A stretch of DNA of 61,822 bases, counting the filler, from Basidiobolus meristosporus CBS 931.73 (Eukaryota > Fungi > Basidiobolomycota): NCBI GenBank assembly GCA_002104905.1. It is 3 parts of 3 records of this genome, joined end to end, with 100 filler letters (N's around TTAATTAATTAA, not from the genome) between each part and the next. Parts side by side here need not be neighbours in the genome. Positions count along the whole stretch, not along the records: positions 31,598 to 61,822 come from MCFE01000853.1; 2 more parts are not named here. One strand, 5' to 3'. Positions 38,761 to 51,700 of this stretch are shown here, in pieces. The notes under the pieces are model-generated. The model saw nothing but the letters and a program-made list of their open reading frames with translations, did no database searches and was not told where the DNA came from. The position numbers and the translations under genes were made by a program. Every line of letters begins with the position of its first letter. The stretch's first letter is position 1.

Positions 38761-40129
38761 TAGTAGCTGCACTATTCAGATCTGAGACTTTAGGTATTGG
38801 GGTTGGGCAGCACAATGTAAAAGCATTGCCCAATAATCCTTTGTAGATATGAATCATTAAGATTGCTAATAATTTGGTCAAAACCACCTCAAAGTCTAGG
38901 GGACAAAGAGTATGCACTTTCTGATGGCTTTAGATCTTATTTGGTCTCCAATAGCACCAAGCCACCTAGAGAGCAAATACCTCTCTCTGTAGCAATGCAC
39001 AAAAGGCATCTGGAGTATATCTCAAGAGTCACTACCTAAAAGACAGAGTTGGACTTATCCCCTATGAGAGTAGACACTCACTTAGTGAAGGAGACATATC
39101 CCTTTACATCAGGAGGTCCTTCTTTGTCTTCCAGGCCATAAGGTGGCAAACAAAAGCACTTTGCTTGGGCTCCAAATTCCCCAACAGTAGGAGGCACTTT
39201 CACTTCTATCTTGTAGAGAGCTGCTTTGAGTTCAAGGATATTCAATGTTTTCTCTAATTCCTCAAATGAATGGAGCTCATCCAGAGGCTTTGTGCTATCA
39301 TATCTACAATTAGACCAGAGCTTCTGCCTTCTTGCAAGGTCACTGGCTTCCAGGAAGTAGCAGTATACCTTGACACCTTCTCTTGGTGCCTTTCTTTCTT
39401 ATAACTACTAGCTCTGTTTTATTTTCTATCATAATTTGTTGACAAGTTCCTAATCAACTCTACACATTTTTAGCAGTATTTTTATTTTCACTTTACTATA
39501 GACATAGTTCTTTGCACAATTTGCACTATTTGCACAATTTGACTTAAAGCAAGCTGAATTTGGTAACACAAAGCTTTATTCATTTCAGTATAAGAATATA
39601 AACCCCTAACCCTTACTCCAAGTATCTCAAGCAACAGGATTGCAACCTTTCCAAGATTGTTAACATGAGATTTATCAACAATCATATGATGGAGATATTA
39701 CTTGACAAGATTATTGCCAAGCAGCTCCATCAAAATGTTTTTGACCAGTTTACTGAGAGATTATTGAACAAGCCTTTAAAGAGTTTCCTGATTCTCCAGC
39801 TTACAAGCCCTGCTTGTTGGATGTATCTTTACCTTCAAGACTTACTTCACTTATCAGAAATACCCCTTCACCTGCTGTGACCTACTTCCTGAAGGATTAT
39901 TAAATATTTCAGGTTTATCTACTTTACTCTCCTGTTAACCTGAGCTCCAGTGTACTCTGCAATACTGCCTTAACTTGAGCTTAAATTTATTCCTTTTCAG
40001 CTTAGTGTTTGCTGTGGGAAAATTATATTCCCAGCTGGTGTGTTTATTTGTTATTTGACATAACTGAATACCAACAAAGATTTTACCTCCCTTGGTGACT
40101 TTCTGCCCTTACAAAAGAAGCTCTGTGAC

Positions 40130-40773
40130 TAAGAAATCTTTCCAAGAATGAGGCTTATATAACAAGCCTACTACATTATTTTGAGATAATCAAGGATGTA
40201 CACAACTATGTAGAAATCCAACTTTTCATGCTACAACTAAGCATACAGAAATTAGACATCATATCATATGGCAAGCTATGGAGTATAGCTTAGTTATATT
40301 AGTTTACTGTCCTATAGATGAAATAAATGCAGACATACTTACTAAACTATTAACTAGAGATAAACTTGAATATCTTATACCTCAGTTAAGGCTATTGCAT
40401 ATGAATATTTTGCCAAGTGGGAGTGTGGTAAAAGCTTGTACTTGCACCTAACAATCTACCAGGCTTAGTCACTTATATCATTACCTACAAATCTTAGAGG
40501 ATGCTGCCTAAGTTCCTTGTTAAGATTTACTCACAGCATTTTCACTAACACATCAGGTATCCAGAACATGAGATTTCTTGAAGTTGTTTAAACAGCCCCA
40601 AACTTTGCACACATATTCTTTGGGACCTTGCTAAGCCTATTCTACAAGTTTGTTTTTCCAAGGCCATGTAGTAGTAGAAAAACTACTTTTACCTTTATTA
40701 AATCTTTGAGTGAAAACAACACAATCTACTTGTTCTCCCAATCACTTCCAGTATCTCCAACACTCCTACAACA
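40130..40773 (+). mobile_element. 3' end of a decayed copia: RNase H tail, PPT, 3' LTR 40424-40773
   Basis: ..DNQGC...RNPTFHATTKH.EIRH.. remnant; PPT AAGTGGGAG directly before a 350-bp LTR ending TACAACA. Confidence 0.85.
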
Positions 40774-40950
40774 CCAAGTACATGTAGACAAAGTTTGGGG
40801 GACTTTTGAACAGCTTAGAGTACTTTGGCTAAGTTTCTTGTTTGGGTTTACATGGAATATTTTACCACTATATTAGATACCCTGGTGATTTGCAGGCTAT
40901 GCACTTAGCAACCAAGTTAATGGAACATTTGGGTGTAATTACAAAATCTA
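40774..40950 (-). mobile_element. Older LTR fragment in opposite orientation
   Basis: CCAAGTACATGTAGACAAAGTTTGGGG resembles the distal part of LTR 48351-48700. Confidence 0.55.
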
Positions 40951-41552
40951 CAAACGGAACAAAGATTTAGCCCATTAATGACTGTCTTGCCTAAGCCATA
41001 TTTCTCATATTAGTTTCCCTATATCTAGATTGCATACATTGTTTTTTTAAAAAAAAGAGAACAGTTTCAGCCAGAAACGCGCCCATTTGGTACAGATAAA
41101 TAATGCGCAGTGGTATGTTTTGCGTAGCTCCCAGTTCTTGGTAGTTTTATTTATATGCCAAAAAATTGACATCCATTAAAACGGGATTTATGCAATAATG
41201 CGTGGTATTCCTCTTGAAAAATGGATTTAAGCGATGGCCACTGACAAAGATTGATGACTTAAGACAGATAGCCTCATGGTTATTCCCAAAGCTATTTCAA
41301 CAAAACAGGTCTCACCAGCAAATTGATTACAGAAAAGTCTATTATTTGTTGAATAAAAGACGTAACCGGCTTAGCCACTTCCGTCTGAAAGCCCGTGGCC
41401 ACCAAAACTGCGTTTCACAAAATCAGTTACTAGAGGCCTGTTTGCGTCCACCTTATTCAACCCTACACCCTACCTCTTTTGGTCCCACCTCTTGCCTTTG
41501 TGTAAGTAGCCTGTTCCCAGATTTTCCCCATCTCGCGATAAGCAGAACGTAA

Positions 41553-42191
41553 ATGGGACTCGAAAACTCCCTGGACTTGCCGGCCAACGTACCGGACTGG
41601 CTTAAACAGTTATACTCCTCCAACTGTAAAGAATTTAAATCAAACCTTCTTCAGCTAACAAACAAACGCAACCAAGTTGCACGCCTAGAAGAATTAAAAA
41701 CTAATGGAGAACTTCCGGACTTTCTAGCAAAGAGTAAGCCCGTTTTGTTCCGCTCAAAGAATCTTTGCAAAAATTCTTTCAACAAACTTGTCGACGCCCA
41801 CAAAAAATATGTCACAACCTGTTTCGACATACTTCTAAAGGAAGAAAAAACACTTCTAGTTGCCCTAGAAGAAAAGTGCAGCCTCCAATTCGCCAAGGAT
41901 AAGTTATTGAAGGACATCAAAAGAGTACGGGATAAAATTATTGATAATTTCCCAAGTAACGAACGCCAGCAAGCTCTAGACGAGCTCGGAAACTTTGACT
42001 CAGTACCCGAAATTTTCACTAGATACTGCTTGCACTCAAAATTCCAGGAGGTTCACATATCAAGCTCACCGAAGATGCCAATTCCTTCATTCAGGCAGGC
42101 TACACTGATAAAAACGGAAAATCAGACTCAGGAGAATTCAACCATAGGAACCTCGGGGTCCACAGGTCATGACATATCCGCAAACATCTAA
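41553..42191 (+). CDS. Hypothetical 212-aa helical protein, possibly retroelement-derived
   Basis: Long ORF with CpG retained; no motif recognised with confidence. Confidence 0.35.
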   Translation: MGLENSLDLPANVPDWLKQLYSSNCKEFKSNLLQLTNKRNQVARLEELKTNGELPDFLAKSKPVLFRSKNLCKNSFNKLVDAHKKYVTTCFDILLKEEKTLLVALEEKCSLQFAKDKLLKDIKRVRDKIIDNFPSNERQQALDELGNFDSVPEIFTRYCLHSKFQEVHISSSPKMPIPSFRQATLIKTENQTQENSTIGTSGSTGHDISANI

Positions 42192-44105
42192 GCTACTGAT
42201 TGTAGTAGCATAGCTATCGCGCAACATGAATAAAGTGAACAACCACATTTGACTTGTTTCTCAACAGATAACCAATTGAAAACTCATGCGTAGCAACAAC
42301 AAAGTTCATGTAATAACAGGTTAATTTAATATATCCGTCCTGAGGCATGACTGTGGTAGTGGGTGGCTGAGCTTGAATCAGACGCTGTTCTCCGGCTGTC
42401 AAAGTCAGCAATATATAAGAGCAGGTGTCTAGCAAGCAAGCGTAATAAACTTGAATTACCAACGCCATCGATGGCCTGTATTTCTCAAAGATCGCACCTT
42501 CCAAGCAATTATAGGACTGCCGTAAGATACACTCGGCTTGACAATGGAACAAAGATATCGAAAGGCGTGCATGTTAAGCTCACAAGAAATGTTAATTCGT
42601 GTGGCCAAAGTATCATCCAAGCAAGCCACACTGATACGAATAGAGAGTCACGACCCATTGAAATCAACCGTAGTGGCATCGGAGTCTATCGACAGTGATT
42701 TGTAAGCTCAGGGACTACTTTCCATTAGTAAACAGTTAGCAAAGCCCTAGCTAAACTGCTTTGGATTAGCTTACTAGTATGAACAGTTGCTGCAAAAATT
42801 GAGAATTTTGAACGATATTAAGGGTACTATTGACCAAATCGTGATCATAAATTTACATTAACAAGTTGTTAATTATCACATGTGAATCCTACACTGTGTA
42901 GCCTTGGTGCGAAGAGGCAAAGTAGTAAACTATTGGGCACCCAGATTAAATCAATGTAGCTCGCATAAAGATAGTGCTATGAGCGATGCCTAATTGAACG
43001 GCATTGAGAAGGTGATATAAAATGGAATTTCAAATGAAACTCCACAAGCCAGTCACGCAGCTTTCCCCCTCGTACTAGCTTCCGCCATCGCTTCTTTGCA
43101 AGCAATTTCCGCTACCTCACTCGGTGACTCCGAGGTAGCCTAAGCCAATGAGCCATGTGCCAAACAATCGTTATTTTCCTATAAATATGGTGCATCTGTG
43201 GTTTAGTACGTTACAACTGTACAGGGCTACGTATATAGTACACTCTCAGTCTTTGTTTTCCAACAAATACTAAATATCTCGAGAAACAGCCAAGAATCAC
43301 ATGTATTGATTGCAAAATGACATTCGTGGTTGATTACGATCACAGTTTTCTGACAATATCAATCAAAATCTATGACTTCTTAATTTCAAGTCGAACTTTA
43401 TCATAGCGGCTACTGATGACTCTCCACTCAGGCTTGCCAACCTCTGAATGCTCTAGTACTCTTGGTTTTTATTACTCCGTTGCTAACTTAACGATTTCCC
43501 CAAATCTTTAACAGCTTTTAAGTTCTCGCAATAATATTGCTAATGATCATAGCTATATTCTCTACTGGTGCATAGAGATCTAGTATAACATGATATGACA
43601 GCTTGATTTTTGTATGTATGTAACCAAGACATATGTATCCTAACTTTGTTTACTAAAATATCACGCAATTTGGCAACATGGTCAGGTTGTAATAGCATAT
43701 TATTATTTGCGGTTAGACACGGCTATTTGTTGAAGCACAGCACCGCTGCTCTTATGTAGATGGTGGACCATTAGTTTCTTGGCTGTTGTGTGTATATCAC
43801 TGCCACCTTCAATCCTTGTCAATCTTATGGAATTATATAATTCAGCAGTTAAACATACGCGTAACAAACTCAAACTGTAAGTAATTCTAATGCACCAAAC
43901 TATTCATGGCTTTTAGATCTCCAAGACAACATTTCATTCAAGTCAAATTCTCAAAGTATTCATTTATTGCGTACGACTTTTGACATCTGTATTGTCAACG
44001 ACGACTAATATAATTCCAACAAAAATGGAGTAATGGCTACAATTTCAGCATATTATAGGGGTATTTACAATGCTTAGTTATCGAGGAACTCTTGCTAGTG
44101 ATTAG

Positions 44106-44384
44106 CTAAAGGTCAGCGTTCGCTGGTGCTGGGGATCTTTCGGTACATGCTGCGGTAGTAGATGACCCAACGGTAAGCATCACACATACTTGGTCGTCAG
44201 GGCATGAGTAATCAAGCACCCGTCCACCCGAACACTTGAACATTACACCAGAGTGATGTTCATAAAAGCATTGAAGAGCAGTATCAAGGTTCTCCTTGCA
44301 ATACTGGGGAAAGTTTTCGAATGGTAAGGCCAGGACGGTAGTGGCAAGAATCAAGCAAGCGGAAATGGATGTTCTAAACTTCAT
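44106..44384 (-). CDS. Small secreted Cys-rich protein (92 aa), paralog 1
   Basis: Signal peptide MKFRTSISACLILATTVLA; six Cys in the mature part; intronless. Confidence 0.85.
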   Translation of the reverse strand: MKFRTSISACLILATTVLALPFENFPQYCKENLDTALQCFYEHHSGVMFKCSGGRVLDYSCPDDQVCVMLTVGSSTTAACTERSPAPANADL

Positions 44385-44610
44385 TGTAGTGTGATTGGTA
44401 TGCTACTGATAGCTTATTGAGTCTTGTTGGAAGTGCTCCCTGATATTTATACCTTAATTCACGCCACTCCTTCACCAGTGGGCCAATGCTCTCCATGGCA
44501 GCAACTTCCAATCTTGGCAAATCTGGAGCATGTCCATGTTACCCGGTAGAAATGGCGATTTGACGTGTCAGGTACTGCATACGCGAACACGTCCACCAAA
44601 ATTGGCATCA

Positions 44611-44694
44611 TCACCTCGTTTTTGGAAGTAGCTTGATATTGATAGCGGTATCTCACCTCGTTTTGGGAAGTAGGTTGATATTGATAGCGGTATC
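44611..44694. repeat. 42-bp tandem duplication (2 mismatches) inside ORF 44459-44929
   Basis: Units 44611-44652 and 44653-44694; on the minus strand RYRYQYQPTSQNEV / RYRYQYQATSKNEV. Confidence 0.9.
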
Positions 44695-45490
44695 TCGACC
44701 ATAGTGGATTGGAATCATAAATGCTCCACCATAATCCACACGCCTTCCATGCCACATCGAGATCACCACCGATTAAATTCGATCCACGCGAATTTGCTCT
44801 TTTCAGCCTGGTTGGTTTGTGTGGTGATTGAGAGGAGGTTGAATGTATGCGGTATTTCCAAAGGTGAATATGAGAAAAACCAACCAACATATCCTCCATA
44901 TTGGCTCTGTGGTATGCATTCTCTATCATAGGCGATTAATAAAGCCTCTCCTGTAGAGAATCTTTGCAGGCGAATGTGCTTCCTTAGGGGAAATAGGGGC
45001 GAATCTTCCTTAAAATCTAGGACTCAGAATGGCAACGCGGATAATAGATATTTATGGTCACCAAAATGGGATTGGATTCATTATTTCAATCCTTACCGGG
45101 CAGTCCATTCCAATATGTACATGAATGGAAAACGAAGGTATTACCGCGGATTATTAACGGCAATAATCTCCGAAATCGTTTTATTATTATTTTGTAACAA
45201 AGCTTGAGGCCGGAGTAGAGGAAATCGACGTCGCGCACTTCATTGCTTGTTGAGTTCTATTCATATATTGGTGGGGTGTGTGAATATGGTGACTGTTGAG
45301 TACATTAAGCAACGAGATATCTGCATGTTCTAGTTTATGGGGCGCAGAAACCACAGCATCAATGGCGATATGGGATTTATTGTATATACTTATGAATGAA
45401 GGGAGAATATTCTCACTCCGGCAAGTAATAGTTATATATGTACAGGTTTTGGCCATTGCTGACCATCGAAGTATTTGATATGGCAATGTA

Positions 45491-45769
45491 TTAGTTGTTG
45501 GAACTCACCAGTGCTGGAGATCTTTCAGTACATGCTGCGGTAGTAGATGACCCAACGGTAAGCATCAGACATACTTGGTCGTCAGGGCATGAGTAATCAA
45601 GCACCCGTCCACCCGAACACTTGAACATTAACCCAGAGTGATACTCATAGATGCAATGAAGCGAAGTATCTAGGTTCTCCTGACAATACTGTGGAAAGTT
45701 TTCAAATGGTGTGGCTAGTGCGGTAGTGGCAAGAATCAAGCCAGCGGAAATAGTTATTGCGAACTTCAT
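45491..45769 (-). CDS. Small secreted Cys-rich protein (92 aa), paralog 2
   Basis: MKFAITISAGLILATTALA signal; FKCSGGRVLDYSCPDDQVC and MLTVGSSTTAACTERSPA identical to paralog 1. Confidence 0.85.
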   Translation of the reverse strand: MKFAITISAGLILATTALATPFENFPQYCQENLDTSLHCIYEYHSGLMFKCSGGRVLDYSCPDDQVCLMLTVGSSTTAACTERSPALVSSNN

Positions 45770-46980
45770 TTTTCGTTGAATGGTGTCAGATACGATCATC
45801 TTCGTGAAATATTTATAGGCTTTCATTCAGATTGCCAAGAAATCATTTCCTTCCTCAATGGTTCAGCGCTCCCATGCATTTTTTTCTGGACGGTCACCAG
45901 ATAGCACTGTTTGCCTATAGTCGATGGTATGGGTGACTTGAGCGGAGATATATACATATAATGATGTGAAACTGGTGGCTGATTGATGTATGCAGTACCT
46001 ATTAGGCTAAAATCCCGAAATTTAGAGTATTCCTATGGAGAGTATAGTCTCGTCTGTGGAGGAGGGTAGCTTTGCAGTGGAGATCTCGAAAGCCAGAAGA
46101 TAAATATAGACATCATCACTTTGCCCAAATGATCTGACTCAGTGTTGCACACTTACACACCTATCACAAGATCCTAGTGGGATTTCTATAGATGGAGATC
46201 GATGCTACCTAATCTGGTTGGGCGATTGTCATGCTAACTCTTTGGTAACACCATATGCAATTCAGCAAATGAATTTATCTATAGTCCGTTATGACTACCA
46301 ATATCCGGGCCATTTATGGTAGCATATCAGTACTAATGAAACCCCAGGCTAGAGTGTCTTTCGTGCCGCGGAATAGAATCAGCGAGATTTACTACATTGC
46401 TACAGTAATATAACCGAAGTCGTTGGATCCTTGCCTAGACTAGCGAGGTAAGAGGATTACCGTTGTTTGCTTCAATGGGTGGTTTGTGTTGTATATCCGC
46501 CGCCAATCGTTAACTCACATATCGAGTACATCTCCGAGTCCTGTATGGGTAAAGGAAGATTATGTAGAATATACAAACACTCTAGTTGACAAGTCCCAAT
46601 AGTTTCTCCAGTAAATATATACAAGATGAGGATCGAAACAAGATGCTCTATTGTGTATGTTACAAAACATCTGTATCGTTAGCAATAGCTGATTTACTTG
46701 TATATTGAAGTTCTGAGAGCCAACTTTGAAGTCCATATTTGCAAAGAGATAAACTACGTTACATAGGATCGAGCTAATCTCGGGGAGTGAAATAAGCCTA
46801 GAGGATCTTGATATGGTAAAATGCCATATCTGAGCAATTGCGTGAAGAAGCTCTTACAGCTTTCAGCGTTGCCAACTACTGGAACAGAAACTAGCATCAA
46901 GTGCCAGAGTAAAATGGCGGTTCATAAAAGCCAAAGTAGTTTGTGTTACTCAGATGTACAACGCAACTAAAAGTTTCGTA

Positions 46981-47062
46981 TGATGAGAGTGGGGTTCGAA
47001 CCCACGCCTCCGGAGAGACTGCGACCTGAACGCAGCGCCTTAGACCACTCGGCCATCTCACC
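46981..47062 (-). tRNA. tRNA-Leu(CAG): tRNA-Leu(CAG), 82 nt, intronless
   Basis: GGTGAGA/TCTCATC acceptor stem, D-loop GAGTGGTCTAAG, anticodon arm CTGCG-TTCAGGT-CGCAG, long variable arm, GGTTCGAACC T-loop. Confidence 0.97.
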
Positions 47063-47073
47063 CATCTGCTCGG

Positions 47074-47279
47074 TCTAACAATACTCAGCCACCTTGGGCT
47101 AAGATCATCACGTTATCTAGAATAGGCTTAAGCCAGCCGATCATATTGAAACCCTCTCACAGAAACACAGACGGCAGACCTTTTTCTCGACCCTCCTGAC
47201 TGTTTCTAAAAGACTCTCGACCCTATCCCTGACCTTGATTGTACATATACCTATTTGTGCAATAAACCCTCTCGTAACA
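47074..47279. mobile_element. Putative solo LTR (gypsy-like), 206 bp, TSD CTCGG
   Basis: CTCGG at 47069-47073 and 47280-47284; ends AATAAACCCTCTCGTAACA; 5' end TCTAACA is imperfect; internal TCTCGACCCT..CCTGAC duplication. Confidence 0.5.
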
Positions 47280-48711
47280 CTCGGGATAGTTACATAGTTA
47301 AATACGACCTAACGTAAAAGAAGGAAAGGCTGAGCAAAGTCCTAAATAGGAAAATCTAATTGGTCCACACAACATACCATGGTCATACATATACCTACCT
47401 CTATTTCTATGAGTCGGTAGTTGGCTTGGATATAGATCTTGAGCTAGAAGGAAAAATATCATCCCGTCACTGACGGACTCGACTATTTCCTCCATTCATT
47501 ACACTCTAAATGAATGTTCGTCTTCTTATTTAAGTCCCCTTCCCCCTAGGCGATTACGCAACTATCCTACATCTATATTCTTTTATTACGTACCCCCTTG
47601 ATTGCTTTCTATAGTAGCCTTGTGATTGCTCGATATCCTCACCATAAGTAGTCACACACCATTGGTAAGGATTGTTCAACAGTCAGCTGGTGATAAACAA
47701 TATTACAACAGTTACTGACAGGCAGTCACTCGCACTTTCCTAGCTCAGAATACTCCAGTACTCTTGATTTTATTACCCTTTTAGTACTGATTAGTTCCTC
47801 AAGTCTGATATACTTGATATTGCACAATAGCTTAGGATATTAATATATATATATTAAGATCCTAATAGCAACATCATCAACATGAATAGAGATCACTAAA
47901 AGGGACCCATTACCTAAGCTTGACTCAAGCTTTAACTACAAGCAGATGCCACTCTATCAAACTGCTCCTTGTAATGAAATGGAGAGGTTTTTGCTTAGAA
48001 ACCAATGCTGTAGTGCTCACTATATTACAATCAAGCTAGTGTCTAATCTGCAAGCCCTAGGTTTGGCATCTGTGAGACTGCCTACTAGTGAGTAACATTA
48101 GTTGTATCTATTTGTTAATATTGTTATTCCAGCATAGTTGTATCAGATTGGCAGATGTAGAAACCTATTTGATCTCAATATATCCCCACTTGGTTGCTCT
48201 CTGGCTAATTCATTTGATCTCCCACCCCAATCCCAAAATACATGATAGGGTTCAGTAGAGTATTGGAAATGAGTACAAGTGCTGGAAAACCTGCACAAGA
48301 GTTTGCACTGTTCAATTCATGAGCTGATCAGAGTTTTGTATATGTATGTGTGTTGTAAGAGTCTTGGAGATATTGGAAGTGATTGGGAGAACAAGTAGAT
48401 TATGTGGTTTTCACTTAATGATTTATTGATTGTAAAAGTAGTATTTATACTTTTACCAAGTCTTGGCATAAAAAACACGTAGAATAGGTTAAGGAAGGTC
48501 CCAAGAACATGTGTGCAAAGTTTGGGGCTGTTTGGACAACTTTGAGAATTTTCATGTTCTGGGTACCTGGTATTTTGGTGAAAATATTCTAAGTATATCC
48601 CGACAAGGAATTTGGTCAGTATTCTCTAGGATTTGAAGGTAATGATCTAAGTGACTAAGTTAGGTGAATATTTAGGTGGAATTACAAATTTTTTACAACA
48701 CTCCCACTCAG

Positions 48712-51700
48712 CTAAATGTTCATACTGACTAGTCCTAATTTTGACCTAAGATATTCAAACTTGTCTCTAGCTAATGGTTTGGTAAAAATGTCTGCAATCA
48801 TTTCATCTGTAGGACAGTAAACTAAGCTAACTAAGTTATTCTCTATAGCTTCATGTATGAAATGATGTCTAATATCTATGTGCTTGGTTCTAGCATGAAA
48901 AGTTGGATTTCTACCTAATTGTATACATCCTTGATTATCTTGAAATAAAGTAATAGGCGTTTTTTGACATAGGCCTAAATCTGTAAGCAGCTTTCTTAAC
49001 CACATTGCTTCTTTTGTAGCTTCACAGGCTGCCATATACTCTGCCTCTGTAGTAGAAAGTGCTATGGTTGGTTGCTTTCTTGAATTCCATGAAATTGCTC
49101 CTTTACAGTAAAGAAAGGTGTATCCTGTAGTGGATCTTCTGTCTTCCAAATTTTGTCCCCAATCTGCATCAGAGTATCCCACAAGATCTTGTTCTGAGTC
49201 CTTATAAGTGTATCTTAAGCAAATATCAGCAGTTCCTTTTAGGTATCTAAAAATCCGCTTAACTGCTGCAATATGATCAGATCCATAGTTCTGATTATGT
49301 TGGCTGACAACTCCCACTGAATATGAGATATCTGGACGTGTTCCAAGCATGATATACATCAGACTGCCAACCATAGATTGATAAGGAAAGTCAGGGCTTT
49401 CAGATGGCACCAAGCTCTCTTGATTTGGTTGAGTTTTGACCAAGTTAAGGTTTGTCTCCATTGGGGTGGCTGCCGGTTTACAGTCTTCCATTTTGTACTT
49501 CTTTAGTATATCTTGAATATACTTGGATTGGCTTAGGGTAATAGTCTGGGTACTTCTGTCTATGGAGAACTTAATCCCTAAGTAGTAACTAAGTTCTCCT
49601 AGATCAGACATCTTGAACTCCTTAGATAGGTTGGATTTAGTCTCTTCCAATGTTTTTAGGTTATTGGTGGCTATAATAAGATCATCCACATATAGAGCTA
49701 ATAGAACTGGATTTGCTCTATCTGGCTTATAGTATATACTATAGTCAGCATTACTCCTTTTGAAACTCAAAGATTCCAAATAAGAATCTATCTTGCAATT
49801 CCAGGCTCTTGATGATTGTTTGAGACCATATAGTGACTTTTTAAGCTTGCAGACCAAATGGGGGTTATCTTGGTCAACAAACCCATCAGGCTGGTCCATA
49901 TACATGTCCTCATCAAGTTCTCCATTCAAAAATGCAGTTTTTACATCCATTTGATGAATAAAAAACTGATATTTGGCTGCAATAGCCAATATTAATCTGA
50001 TAGAATTAAACTTGGCTACCGGTGCAAAGGTCTCAGTATAGTCAAGTCCTTTTGTTTGAGAATATCCTTTGGCTACAAGTCTTGCTTTGTATCTTTCAAT
50101 TGTACCATCAGCCTTGTACTTTGTCTTGAAGACCCATCTGCATCCAATTGATTTTTGGTTGATTGGTAATTTGACTAAGTCCCAAGTTTGATTTTCCATC
50201 AAGGCCTGATATTCCTCAGTCATTGCAGATCTCCAAAACTTTGTCTGAGGGCTATTTAGGGCCTCTTTTACAGTCTGGGGTTCATCAATATGGACTGAAT
50301 AGGCATAGGCTAAGTTTGTACCCTCATTAATAAAGTAATTTGGGCTATTTCTTGTCCGATTTGATCTCCGGGCATTTGATACTGGAATGATCACTTCTGG
50401 GATATTCCTGGGCACTGATTCTGGCTGAACCATGGTTTTAGAGTCCTCTGGAGTGAAAAAATTTTCATTGTTTTGCTCTGATTCAATCCTGACAATTGGT
50501 GGACTTGAGATCAAATTTTCGTCATCATCTGATGTCATTTTTTGTGAAAATTTTGAATTTTCATCAAACAACACATCCCTGGACTTGATAAGCTTCTTTG
50601 CTTTGGTATTGTAGAGTCTGTATGCCTTACTCTCATTGCAGTAGCCCAAAAATATGCATTTTACACTTTTTGGCTCAAATTTTGACTGATTTCCGGCCAG
50701 TTTTTTGGCATATGCTGTACACCCAAATATTCTTAGATGTTCTGCACTTGGTCTGTATCCATACCATGCTTCAAATGGAGTAGAATCACAAAGTATTCTG
50801 TTATAACTCCTATTTTTAAGATATACAGCAGTGGCAACTGATTCCGCCCAAAAATCATAGGATAATTTTTGATCATGGATCATAGATCTTGCCATATCAA
50901 TTATTGATCTGTTAGCTCGTTCTGCTACTCCATTTTGCTGTGGGGAGTATGGTACAGTAGTCTCTTGCTTTATCCCATGAATTTTGCAGAAGTGGATGAA
51001 GAGTTTTGAGGTATATTCTCCACCATTGTCAGAGCATATTTTCTTGATTTTTTCACCAATTTCTCTCTCCACCATGGCTTTAAACTCCCTGAACTTAGAC
51101 AGAGCTTCTTCCTTTCTCTCCATGAAGTAGACCCATGTGTATCTTGTATAATCATCAATAAAAGTGATTAAATACTTCATCCCGCCTAAGGATAAATTTT
51201 GCATAGGTCCACACAGATCTGAGTGAATTAGATCTAATTTTTTCTTAGTTTTGATTAACCCAGAGCTCTTGAACGGTTGTCTGGTTTGTTTCCCATATAT
51301 GCAGGCTTCACAGTGCTCCAAATTAGCTGGGGGATCAATTTTTGCTCCAGAAATTAGCTGATCTTTGATCATTTTGCGCAAATAATCAAAATTGATGTGC
51401 CCAAATCTCCTGTGCCAAAGCATTGGTGTTTCTTCATTTAAGTTACTTATATTGGCTTCCAGATATGATGGAATATAAGTCAACTTGTATAGATTCTGAT
51501 CTCTGATGCCCGAAGCAATATGAGCACCATTTTGATCAGTGATCCTGCATCCAGAATTGTCAAAACTGAAACTGAGTCCTTCTGCTGTGGCCTTGCTTAC
51601 AGAGAGTAGGTTCTTGGCTATTTCTGGTACATAGAGTACTTCTTTAAAGGTCAGTGTATGGCTTCCTTCACTGCTTCTAAGGTTTACTTGGATAGTTCCT

